DNA of 63,402 nucleotides, filler included, from Octopus bimaculoides (Eukaryota): assembly GCF_001194135.2 (NCBI RefSeq). It is 7 parts of 7 records of this genome, joined end to end, with 100 filler letters (N's around TTAATTAATTAA, not from the genome) between each part and the next. Parts side by side here need not be neighbours in the genome. Positions count along the whole stretch, not along the records: positions 1 to 9,600 come from NC_069008.1; positions 9,701 to 12,406 come from NC_068991.1; 5 more parts are not named here. One strand, written 5' to 3'. A program made the translations under genes and the position numbers. The notes below the pieces were generated by a model. That model made no database searches. It saw nothing but the letters and a program-made list of their open reading frames with translations, and had not been told where the DNA came from. Shown piece by piece: positions 1 to 10,110 of the stretch (the first letter of the stretch is position 1; each line of letters opens with the position of its first letter).

Positions 1-160
1 AAGAGTAGAGCAGGGTTCGCCACCATCCCCTGCCGGAGCCTCATGGAGCTTTTAGGTGTTTTCGCTCAATAAACACTCACAACGCCCTGTCTTGGAATCG
101 AAACCGCGATCCTATGACTGCGAGTCTGCTGCCTTAACCCCTGGGCCATTGCGCCTCCAC
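1..160 (-). mobile_element. tRNA-derived SINE, family A, 5' part
   Basis: The minus strand reads GTGGAGGCGCAATGGCCCAGGGGTTAAGGCAGCAGACTCGCAGTC, with an A box at 138-148 and a B box GGTTTCGATTCC at 94-105. The body matches the copies at 955-1268 and 8026-8407. Confidence 0.9.
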
Positions 161-294
161 ACATACATACATACATACATACATACATACAAACCTACAT
201 ACATACAAACCTACATACATATATACATACATATATACGTACATGCATGCATGCATAATTCGAAGACTACAGATCCAATCCATCATTGGAACTG

Positions 295-710
295 CAAAAA
301 TCTGTAAATCTTTTCAAAAGTTTATCATTTAAATATATATGAGCATGTCTAGATATGCAAATATNNNNNNNNNNTGTATGTATGCATAATGTATATATGA
401 GCATGTATGTATATATGTATGCACAGATTTGTATGTCTTATGTCTGTATTCTCATGCATATAGTAGCATATCTAAACAAGCTCATATATATTTAAACTCT
501 CTGAGTATACTACACTCTCTGAGTGGTTGGCGTTAGGAAGGGCATCCAGCTGTAGAAACTCTGCCAAATCAGACTGGAGCCTGGTGTTGCCATCCGGTTT
601 CACCAGTCCTCAGTCAAATCGTCCAACCCATGCTAGCATGGAAAGCGGACGTTAAACGATGATGATGATGATGATGATGATAAACTTCTGGAAAGTTTTA
701 CAGATTTTTG
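295..710. repeat. Inverted repeat: arm A 295-364 (cut by a gap; full copy at 1597-1700) and arm B 426-496 + 678-710
   Basis: The reverse complement of 426-496 + 678-710 aligns without gaps to 1597-1700 over 104 nt with 9 mismatches. Arm B is split by a SINE-tail insertion. Confidence 0.85.
497..677 (+). mobile_element. 5'-truncated SINE family B (RTE-like 3' tail ending in (GAT)n)
   Basis: CTACACTCTCTGAGTGGTTGGCGTTAGGAAGGGCATCCAGCTG...GGAAAGCGGACGTTAAAC(GAT)n is near-identical to 2461-2622. Confidence 0.9.
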
Positions 711-954
711 TGTAAGTTTATTTTATATATATGTATGTTGTGCTCACCTGCACACCAATGCCCGGAAATAATACAGGTAAAGGATACCGATAGTATATTT
801 GGACATTTTATCCTTTGATCAATTACTATAATGTCATGCAGCTACTGTTTATACCTCACTCAGAGATTTATTATTGCATAAATTATAAATACATAACTGC
901 ATAGATCGACACAACCCATGCATACATACATATACATATACATACATACATACA

Positions 955-1268
955 TGTTGTTGTTGGCACTCCGTCGCTTACGACGTCGAGGGTTCCAGTT
1001 GATCCGATCAACAGAACAGCCTGCTCATGAAATTAACGTGCAAGTGGCTGATCACTCCACAGACATGTGTGCCCTTAACGCAGTTCTCGGGGATATTCAG
1101 CGTGACACAGAGTGTGACAAGGCTGACCCTTTGAATTACAGGCACAACAGAAACAGGAAGTAAGAGTGAGAGAAAGTTGTGGTGGAAGAGTAGAGCAGGG
1201 TTCGCCACCATCCCCTGCCGGAGCCTCATGGAGCTTTTAGGTGTTTTCGCTCAATAAACACTCACAAC
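955..1268 (-). mobile_element. SINE family A, 3' part (head lost in gap)
   Basis: Colinear and highly similar to 8026-8330. It ends on the minus strand in a GTGCC(AAC)n tail. Confidence 0.9.
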
Positions 1269-1666
1269 NNNNNNNNNNNNNNNNNNNNNNNNNNNNNNNN
1301 NNNNNNNNNNNNNNNNNNNNNNNNNNNNNNNNNNNNNNNNNNNNNNNNNNNNNNNNNNNNNNNNNNNNNNNNNNNNNNNNNNNNNNNNNNNNNNNNNNNN
1401 NNNNNNNNNNNNNNNNNNNNNNNNNNNNNNNNNNNNNNNNNNNNNNNNNNNNNNNNNNNNNNNNNNNNNNNNNNNNNNNNNNNNNNNNNNNNNNNNNNNN
1501 NNNNNNNNNNNNNNNNNNNNNNNNNNNNNNNNNNNNNNNNNNNNNNNNNNNNNNNNNNNNNNCGAAGACTACAGATCCAATCCATCATTGGAACTGCAAA
1601 AATCTGTAAATCTTTTCAAAAGTTTATCATTTAAATATATATGAGCATGTCTAGATATGCAAATAT
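1186..1666 (+). repeat. Direct duplicate of 1-364 (spans a 294-N gap)
   Basis: 1186-1268 is identical to 1-83 and 1563-1666 is identical to 261-364. The supplied ORFs at 56 and 1241 share identical N- and C-termini. Confidence 0.9.
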
Positions 1667-2271
1667 ATGCATGAGAATACATACATAAAACATACAAATC
1701 GGCACATATACATACATACATACATACATACATACAAACAAACAAACAAAAATATCCTGTTGTTGATGTTGAAATCCCAATAAAGGAGCCTTGGATCTAG
1801 GTTAGAGCCCGGCTCTTTCTCTATTGGCAAGAAATCTTCAAATAAACACACACACACATACATACATACATACATAGATATACATACATACATACATACA
1901 TATATACAAGAATCATGTATATTGACATGCACAACATGTGATGACAAAATACAGTTAGGATCATCTATGAGGATTAAACAGCATATTTGTTGACTACCAT
2001 TCAACCATGACAAACATTACAGCGTCAAAGTGATTCTCCACTTTTCACCATCAAATTTAGTACAAGTAAATATGTCAATCGTCTCGGTGTGTGACAGTTT
2101 ATTATTTCATTGCTTTCATTTATATCACACGAACTTCAGTAGTTTTGATAGCCTCTTAACAGTCAGTGGAGATGTCATGGCTTTGTTGTCAACATAACCT
2201 AATCTTACAATGGGAACACGCAGGTCCTTCCTTACTGATCAAATTGATCCCAGAATGGATAGACATTTATG

Positions 2272-2622
2272 ATTTGTGCCCAGCGTCGCCTTTCTGGCAC
2301 TTGTGCCCGCAGCATGTGTAAGGACTTTCGAGCGAGATCATTGCCAGTGCCCCTGGACTGGCTCTTGTGCGGGTGGCACATGAAATACACCATTTTGAGC
2401 ATGGCCGTTGCCAGTAGCGCCTGACTGGCCTTCGTGCCGGTGGCACGTAAAAAGCACCCACTACACTCTCTGAGTGGTTGGCGTTAGGAAAGGCATCCAG
2501 CTGTAGAAACGCTGCCAAATCAGATTGGAGCCTGGTGTAGCCACCTGGTTCATCAGTCCTCAGTCAAATCGTCCAACCCATGCTAGCATGGAAAGCGGAC
2601 GTTAAATGACGATGATGATGAC
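2272..2622 (+). mobile_element. SINE family B, 3' half, with about 67-bp internal tandem units and a (GAT)n tail
   Basis: TTGCCAGT recurs at 2341 and 2408. The tail is shared with 497-677. The AGGAAGGGCATCC...(GAT)n end resembles RTE-clade 3' ends. Confidence 0.85.
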
Positions 2623-4032
2623 NNNNNNNNNNNNNNNNNNNNNNNNNNNNNNNNNNNNNNNNNNNNNNNNNNNNNNNNNNNNNNNNNNNNNNNNNNNNNN
2701 NNNNNNNNNNNNNNNNNNNNNNNNNNNNNNNNNNNNNNNNNNNNNNNNNNNNNNNNNNNNNNNNNNNNNNNNNNNNNNNNNNNNNNNNNNNNNNNNNNNN
2801 NNNNNNNNNNNNNNNNNNNNNNNNNNNNNNNNNNNNNNNNNNNNNNNNNNNNNNNNNNNNNNNNNNNNNNNNNNNNNNNNNNNNNNNNNNNNNNNNNNNN
2901 NNNNNNNNNNNNNNNNNNNNNNNNNNNNNNNNNNNNNNNNNNNNNNNNNNNNNNNNNNNNNNNNNNNNNNNNNNNNNNNNNNNNNNNNNNNNNNNNNNNN
3001 NNNNNNNNNNNNNNNNNNNNNNNNNNNNNNNNNNNNNNNNNNNNNNNNNNNNNNNNNNNNNNNNNNNNNNNNNNNNNNNNNNNNNNNNNNNNNNNNNNNN
3101 NNNNNNNNNNNNNNNNNNNNNNNNNNNNNNNNNNNNNNNNNNNNNNNNNNNNNNNNNNNNNNNNNNNNNNNNNNNNNNNNNNNNNNNNNNNNNNNNNNNN
3201 NNNNNNNNNNNNNNNNNNNNNNNNNNNNNNNNNNNNNNNNNNNNNNNNNNNNNNNNNNNNNNNNNNNNNNNNNNNNNNNNNNNNNNNNNNNNNNNNNNNN
3301 NNNNNNNNNNNNNNNNGGGGGGGTTGAATGGGGAGGGAGGTGTGAAAATTCGTTAAGTTGGTCATTGGGCAAATATTATGCTGTAGAAGACCCATAGAAA
3401 TGAATACATACCAACAACAAGAACAACAACACAGAGATGACAAGAGACAACCACGCTACCACACAACAAGAGCAGTCATGGCATCAACACATACGTATGC
3501 TCACACATGCACATATGCACACATATGTGCACATACAGACATACTCATACATATACACACGTACATACACACACATACATGCATACACATACNNNNNNNN
3601 NNGGGGGGTGGGAGGAGGCATTTTTCACAAGAAAAAAAAAGAAAAGAAAAGGCAAAGCTAGCTTTTGTTCCCTTGCTTCGTCCTGACAGAAAATAAATCA
3701 ATCGTGTCCAAACTTGAATATACAACAAGACTAGAGCGTTTGGTACAATGATGAGAGAGAGAGAGAGAGAGATTTCAATCACATATTTTCTCCTGTGGGA
3801 GCTGCAGTAGGAGATGTCGTTTTTGTTGTTTAGTACTGACCAGTATTAAATCCAGATGTGGAGGGGGGGATCTATCTATCTATGGTGGTGAAAGTGTATT
3901 CTAGCCATGACTATCACTGTCTATTTTCATAAATCTAAAAGCATGTTTTAGAATTTTAGAAATTGTGAGACGTAACTTGAAGTAGATAAAACTATAAATA
4001 ACTGGGATGGCCATTTTTGTTTCTTTGATTTT

Positions 4033-4182
4033 GTGCAACTGTGTGGTAATAAGCCTGCTTCCCAACCACATGATCCCAGGTTCAGTCCCACTGGGCAACA
4101 CTTTGGGCAAGTGTCTTCTACTAGAGCCTTGCACCGACCAAAGCCCTGTGCGTAGATTTGGCAGAGAGAAACTGAAAGAAGC

Positions 4183-4223
<41 letters not shown>

Positions 4224-4475
4224 GCACGTGTGTGTATGTGTGTGTGTGTATCTATGCATGTATGCCTGTGTTTGTCCTCCACCACTGCTCTACAATTGTT
4301 GCTGGTATGTTTGTGTCCCCATAACTTAACAGTTCAGCTAAGAGATCAATAGAATAAGTACCAAACTTTAAAAACAAAGTACTGGGGGGTCAACACATTT
4401 AACTAACTTTCCTCAAGGCGGTGCCCCAGCATGGCCACAGTGTACTGACTGAAACAAGTACAAGAATAAAAGAAT
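4033..4475 (+). mobile_element. tRNA-derived SINE family C, diverged near-full-length copy with internal (TA)n(TG)n
   Basis: Head CTGTGTGGTAA...GGTTCAGTCCC...TTGGGCAAGTGTCTTCTACTA, then an internal microsatellite, then the 3' module ...AAGGCGGTGCCCCAGCATGGCCACAG...GACTGAAACAAGTA. Colinear with 44075-44678. Confidence 0.9.
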
Positions 4476-5387
4476 ATTGTTTCTATCTTCGCCTACTTCA
4501 CATTCATTCATTACAGAAGTTTTTAACGGTGAAACTCAAAACAAACCAAGTTATAAATAATAGGGTGAAAACATTGGGTTAAAAGCCCTTTGGATGGAAA
4601 AGATATAAGGTTATCCATGGGATTTTTCAATCTTAGGATTGGTTTTTTGCTAACCCTTATATTTATATCAAAAGGATGTGCTATATATATGTATGTATGT
4701 AAAAAATTTAGATTCAAGGTGAATATGGTACTTAAGTTTCGGCACCAGAATTAAGTATAGTATTATCCATACAGTTTCAAAATAAGGTGATTAAAATCAA
4801 AATAAGCAACAATAAATGGAGTTGCATGAAACGATCGTACTGCATTAACTTTNNNNNNNNNNNNNNNNNNNNNNNNNNNNNNNNNNNNNNNNNNNNNNNN
4901 NNNNNNNNNNNNNNNNNNNNNNNNNNNNNNNNNNNNNNNNNNNNNNNNNNNNNNNNNNNNNNNNNNNNNNNNNNNNNNNNNNNNNNNNNNNNNNNNNNNN
5001 NNNNNNNNNNNNNNNNNNNNNNNNNNNNNNNNNNNNNNNNNNNNNNNNNNNNNNNNNNNNNNNNNNNNNNNNNNNNNNNNNNNNNNNNNNNNNNNNNNNN
5101 NNNNNNNNNNNNNNNNNNNNNNNNNNNNNNNNNNNNNNNNNNNNNNNNNNNNNNNNNNNNNNNNNNNNNNNNNNNNNNNNNNNNNNNNNNNNNNNNNNNN
5201 NNNNNNNNNNNNNNNNNNNNNNNNNNNNNNNNNNNNNNNNNNNNNNNNNNNNNNNNNNNNNNNNNNNNNNNNNNNNNNNNNNNNNNNNNNNNNNNNNNNN
5301 NNNNNNNNNNNNNNNNNNNNNNNNNNNNNNNNNNNNNNNNNNNNNNNNNNNNNNNNNNNNNNNNNNNNNNNNNNNNNNNNNNNNNNN

Positions 5388-5442
<55 letters not shown>

Positions 5443-5956
5443 TCCATGATATATTCCTGATAGATCTATTCTGATCTATTTCTCTTGCATTGACATTGTT
5501 GTCACAGGGTCTAATTAATTTTTAATTTTCCAGTGAGCACTCTCAGAGAGAAATACATCGTTATAGATGCTCTAAGCTGACTATTGTGAAGCACATGCAT
5601 ATCAATTATTCACATACACACACACACACACTCACACACACACACACATATCTACATGAATGCATGCACACACACACACACACATTATATATGCAGCCAT
5701 ATGCGTACATACAAATATGAGTACTCATGCACTTATGCATATATATGCTGTGTATACATATATACAAATACATATAAATAGATGTATGTGTAGAGATATA
5801 CATAGATACACATACGACTACAGATATTTGCATGTCATCATTATCTCCGTCATCATTATCTCCGTCATCATTTCATGTTCTCTCTACACTGGCACAAGTT
5901 GGACAATTTCGACAGTATCCAAAGACTTAGGAGACCTAGACCATGCTGTTTTTTTG

Positions 5957-6175
5957 TTATTTCTTTACTGCCAACAAGGGGCTACACACAGGGGACAAAC
6001 AAGGACAGACAAATGGATTAAGTCAATTATATCGACCACAGTGCGTAACTGGTACTTATTTAATCGACCCCGAAAGGATGAAAGGCAAAGTCGACCTCGG
6101 CGGAATTTGAACTCAGACGAAATACCGCTAAGCATTTCGCCCAGCATGCTAACGTTTCTGCCAGCTCACTGCCTT
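5957..6175 (-). mobile_element. SINE family D with a Meta/Sauria-type central domain
   Basis: The minus strand has GAGTTCAAATTCCGCCGAGGTCGACTTTGCCTTTCATCCTTTCGGGGTCGATTAAATAAGTACCAG, a B box followed by a conserved CCTTTCATCC..GGGGTCGAT..AAGTACC core. A second copy is at 46113-46330. Confidence 0.8.
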
Positions 6176-6846
6176 GTGTGTGTGTGTGTGTGTATGTNNN
6201 NNNNNNNNNNNNNNNNNNNNNNNNNNNNNNNNNNNNNNNNNNNNNNNNNNNNNNNNNNNNNNNNNNNNNNNNNNNNNNNNNNNNNNNNNNNNNNNNNNNN
6301 NNNNNNNNNNNNNNNNNNNNNNNNNNNNNNNNNNNNNNNNNNNNNNNNNNNNNNNNNNNNNNNNNNNNNNNNNNNNNNNNNNNNNNNNNNNNNNNNNNNN
6401 NNNNNNNNNNNNNNNNNNNNNNNNNNNNNNNNNNNNNNNNNNNNNNNNNNNNNNNNNNNNNNNNNNNNNNNNNNNNNNNNNNNNNNNNNNNNNNNNNNNN
6501 NNNNNNNNNNNNNNNNNNNNNNNNNNNNNNNNNNNNNNNNNNNNNNNNNNNNNNNNNNNNNNNNNNNNNNNNNNNNNNNNNNNNNNNNNNNNNNNNNNNN
6601 NNNNNNNNNNNNNNNNNNNNNNNNNNNNNNNNNNNNNNNNNNNNNNNNNNNNNNNNNNNNNNNNNNNNNNNNNNNNNNNNNNNNNNNNNNNNNNNNNNNN
6701 NNNNNNNNNNNNNNNNNNNNNNNNNNNNNNNNNNNNNNNNNNNNNNNNNNNNNNNNNNNNNNNNNNNNNNNNNNNNNNNNNNNNNNNNNNNNNNNNNNNN
6801 NNNNNNGTGACCCCTCATATATATGTATGTATAGATGTATGTAAAA

Positions 6847-7124
6847 TACAGTTCTATATTTAAGAGATGAGGAATTATGTACATTATTTACAATTGACGG
6901 ATATTTGTCCGCATCTTGTTTGTTGTTAACACAATGTTTCGGCTGATATACCCTCCAGCCTTCATCAGGTGTCTTGGGGAAATTTCGAACCTGAGTTCTC
7001 ATTCCTAAGGTATTTTTTGATGTTGTTGTTATTATTATTATTATTATTATACAGGTCACTGCCTGGAATTGAACTCGGAATCTTGGGGTTAGTAGCCCAC
7101 ACTCTTAACCACTACGCCATATAT
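6847..7124 (-). mobile_element. tRNA-headed SINE (family H) with an (AAT)n linker and a hammerhead-bearing 3' tail
   Basis: A box TGGCGTAGTGG (7119-7109), B box GAGTTCAATTCC (7076-7065), (AAT)n/(AAC)n at 7021-7050, then about 175 nt of tail containing CTGATGA..GAAA. The same head occurs at 54038-54126. Confidence 0.85.
6928..6973 (-). ncRNA. Minimal type I hammerhead ribozyme motif (probably degenerate in stem III)
   Basis: Minus strand: GACAC CTGATGA A GGCTG GAGGGTATAT CAGCC GAAA C A T T GTGTT. Stem I is GACAC/GTGTT, stem II is a 5-bp GGCTG/CAGCC, and the core CUGAUGA and GAAA are intact. ACAT replaces the palindromic ACGT expected for a dimer-type stem III. Confidence 0.65.
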
Positions 7125-7152
7125 CCGTCAATTGTAAATAATGTAAATAATG

Positions 7153-7184
<32 letters not shown>

Positions 7185-7259
7185 TATGTGCTCTGTCAAT
7201 GCTGAAATCTACAATTAGATTCTTAGACTGCATGCCCATCCACATCTATGATCTCCGCC

Positions 7260-7573
7260 AGTTCAACTTCCGATATTTGTGCAAGACAACACTCCCTGTC
7301 ACACTGCGAAGAGAGTCAAAGATTTTTTGAGTGATGCAAGGGTTGATCTCATGGACTGGCCACCTCAAAGTCCCGATCTCAAACCTATAGAAAACGTTTA
7401 GAGGACTATTGGAAATGGGGCAGTGCACGAAGGAGAAATCCAAAGAACCCAGGGAATTATTGAAAAACGAATGGAACAATATTACTCCATCATTCTGCAA
7501 GAAATTAATTCAGTCCTGTGGTAACAGATGTCAGGAAGACATTGAAAGTAAAGGGATGTCTACAAAATATTAA
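7260..7573 (+). pseudogene. Tc1-family DD34E transposase, C-terminal remnant
   Basis: Reads FVQDNTPCHTAKRVKDFLSDARVDLMDWPPQSPDLKPIENV*, with D at 7285 and E at 7390 spaced by 34 residues. After a frameshift it continues EWNNITPSFCKKLIQSCGNRCQEDIESKGMSTKY* (stop 7571-7573). Confidence 0.9.
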
Positions 7574-7934
7574 TAGTAAGGGTTTCTTGTTTGTTCTTGT
7601 TCCAATTTTTCATTGTTTTTCATAAGTGACCCTTACAGTTTGGAAGATTATTTGTTTATTTCTTCATAGATTACGAGATATTTATTCCATTCACTTCAAA
7701 TTTTGACATATCTAAATCTGTGTAAAATATCTATTCTCAATGTTTTGTTAATTATCAATAATAAATATTTCAATACATGTTCTCACTCACCCTTATATTA
7801 TGATACACACATACAAGAGATGGTTTAATTGACAAGGGAACAAGGAATAATTATTAGTAATCATTAGTATTGCTATGCCTAAGCAAAATATTAACACACA
7901 CACACACACATACATGTATAAATATATGTGTGTG

Positions 7935-7975
<41 letters not shown>

Positions 7976-8025
7976 TTGTCGTCATCATCATCATTTAACA
8001 TCCACCTTGATAATGACATATATCG

Positions 8026-8407
8026 TGGCACTCCGTCAGTTACGACAATGAAGGTTCCAGGGGATCCGATCAGCAGAACAGCCTGCTTGTGAAATTAACG
8101 TGCAAGTGGCTGAGCTCCCCACAGACATGTGTACCCTTAACGTAGTTCTTGGGGGATATTCAGCGTGACACAGAGTGTGACAAGGCTGACCCTTTGAAAT
8201 ACAGGCACAACAGAAACAGGAAGAATGAGTGAGAAAAAGCTGTGGTGGAAGAGTACAGCAGGGTTTGCCACCAGCCCCTGCTGGAGCCTCATGGAGCTTT
8301 AGGTGTTTTCACTCAACAAACACTCACAATGCTCGGTCTGGGAATCGAAACCGCAATCCTACAACTGTGAGTCCACTGCCTTAACCACTGGGCCATTACG
8401 CCTCCAC
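8026..8407 (-). mobile_element. SINE family A, full-length copy
   Basis: tRNA head GTGGAGGCGTAATGGCCCAGTGGTTAAGGCAG...GGTTTCGATTCC, with a body colinear with 955-1268 and 1-160. Confidence 0.9.
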
Positions 8408-8701
8408 ACTGTGTGTATATAGATACATATATATATGTATGTATGTATACATACCATTACACATGCACACTCATATATATGCATACAAATATATTATAAG
8501 CATACATTCATATATTCACACAGACACACGTCCATAGAGAGAGAGAGACACATACAGCTAAGTTTGTCAAAGTCCTTCTGTTACTATTCCCAACTTCATC
8601 AATGATTCAAGTCTGTCTGTCTGTCTCTCCTCGTTTGCAGCTGCTATATTTATATTCAGAGACACAAACAGACCAGAAGCAGGGTTGCAGTAGAGAAGAC
8701 A

Positions 8702-8744
8702 CAACATTGATGAGGTCGTAGATAGCGACGAAAGGACTCTGATG
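8702..8744 (+). ncRNA. Candidate degenerate minimal hammerhead motif (U3 core variant)
   Basis: CAACA TTGATGA G GTCG TAGATAG CGAC GAAA G GA C TC TGATG. Stem II is GTCG/CGAC, stem III has 2 bp, and stem I pairs 4 of 5 positions. Confidence 0.3.
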
Positions 8745-8954
8745 AACCAAACTAGTTGACTGATTGACTGAATGATTAATCAAAGTATTGATTAGTTAAT
8801 TGGTTGAATAGTTTACTAGTTGACTAATAATAATAAAGGAAGAAGTAAAGTAGAACCAGTGTGTGTGTGTGTGTGTGTGTGTTTATTGGCATTGTGACCC
8901 CACCCAAGGTATAACAAAACTTGTTAAAACTATGCATTTTGATTTTTTCCTTTT

Positions 8955-9497
8955 TTACCTTTTTACTTGTTTCAGCCAATAGACTGTGGCCATGCTGGGG
9001 CACTGCCTTGAGGAATTTTAGTTGAAGGGAATGGCACCTGGACTTTTTTCTTTTATTTTTTAAGCCTAGGACATACTCTATTGGATTTGTTTGTCAAGCT
9101 GCTCAGTTATGAGGATGTAAACACACCAACACTGGTTGTCAAGCAGTGGTGTGGGACAAAGATATACTCACACACATACACACACACACACACAAGGCAC
9201 AAGTCTGTGTCTCCAAGGCACAAGTCTGGACAAGGTTGTTTATGGAAGACCAGTAGTCACCCATGCATACCCACCTCCCCTCTACACGCCACTGATCCTA
9301 TCCAAAGGAAAGGCAAAGGGGCCAATACATCTTGGCACCTGTGATGTCGCAATTCATTTCTACAGCTGAGTGAACTGGAGCAATGTGAAATAAAGTGTCT
9401 TGCTCAAGAACACAACACGCAGCCTGGTCCGGGAATCGAACTCACTACCTCATGATTATGAGACTGATGCTTTAACCACTGAGCCATGCACCTTCAC
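8955..9497 (-). mobile_element. Composite SINE: family E tRNA head with a V-like domain joined via (TG)n to the family C 3' module
   Basis: Minus-strand head GTGAAGGTGCATGGCTCAGTGGTTAAAGC...GAGTTCGATTCCCGG...GTGTTCTTGAGCAAGACACTTTATTTCAC spans 9497-9200. 8955-9180 is the family C 3' module. Confidence 0.75.
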
Positions 9498-9504
9498 ACA
9501 CACA

Positions 9505-9600
9505 TAAGTACTTGGGCTGATTTATTTGACTCAAATCTTTCAGGGAGGTGCTCCAGTATGGCTGCACTTTCCATTGAGTGAAACAAGTAACAGATAAAAG
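9505..9600 (+). mobile_element. SINE family C, 3' module fragment
   Basis: TAAGTACTTGGGCTGATTT...GGTGCTCCAGTATGGCTGCA...GAAACAAGTAACAGATAAAAG matches the family C end. Confidence 0.7.
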
Positions 9601-9644
9601 NNNNNNNNNNNNNNNNNNNNNNNNNNNNNNNNNNNNNNNNNNNN

Positions 9645-9656
9645 TTAATTAATTAA
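9645..9656. other. Assembly gap marker TTAATTAATTAA (also at 12451, 41688, 51287, 57314, 62234)
   Basis: The identical 12-mer sits in the middle of a 100-bp block (44 N + 12 + 44 N where I counted). It gives stops in all six frames. Confidence 0.95.
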
Positions 9657-10004
9657 NNNNNNNNNNNNNNNNNNNNNNNNNNNNNNNNNNNNNNNNNNNN
9701 TATATGTATATATATATGTGTGCGTGTAATTTTGGTGGGGACTAGTGGGTATATATCAATTAGTGTGTTGAGTAAAGAACATTCAGATTTTGGGCTGCCT
9801 AGTGTCATCCTCAGTTGGTATATTTAAGATATATAAGAATGAGCTAACTAAAGGCGCAGTGACATCATAAACTTAGCTACTTCTTGATATTCTTCCTTCT
9901 TCTGCCATTTCGTGTTTATATCTCTATATTACTGCCATCCTCTTTCCTTTGTGTGTTTACTTTTCTATTTTTACTAAGCCACCGGTTTCTTAGAATCGTC
10001 TTCC

Positions 10005-10018
10005 TTTCTTTCTTTACT

Positions 10019-10081
<63 letters not shown>

Positions 10082-10110
10082 ATCTTTCTTCCTTTCTTTC
10101 TTTCTTTTTC
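10005..10110. repeat. (TTTC)n tetranucleotide microsatellite
   Basis: Read directly from the sequence. Confidence 0.95.
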
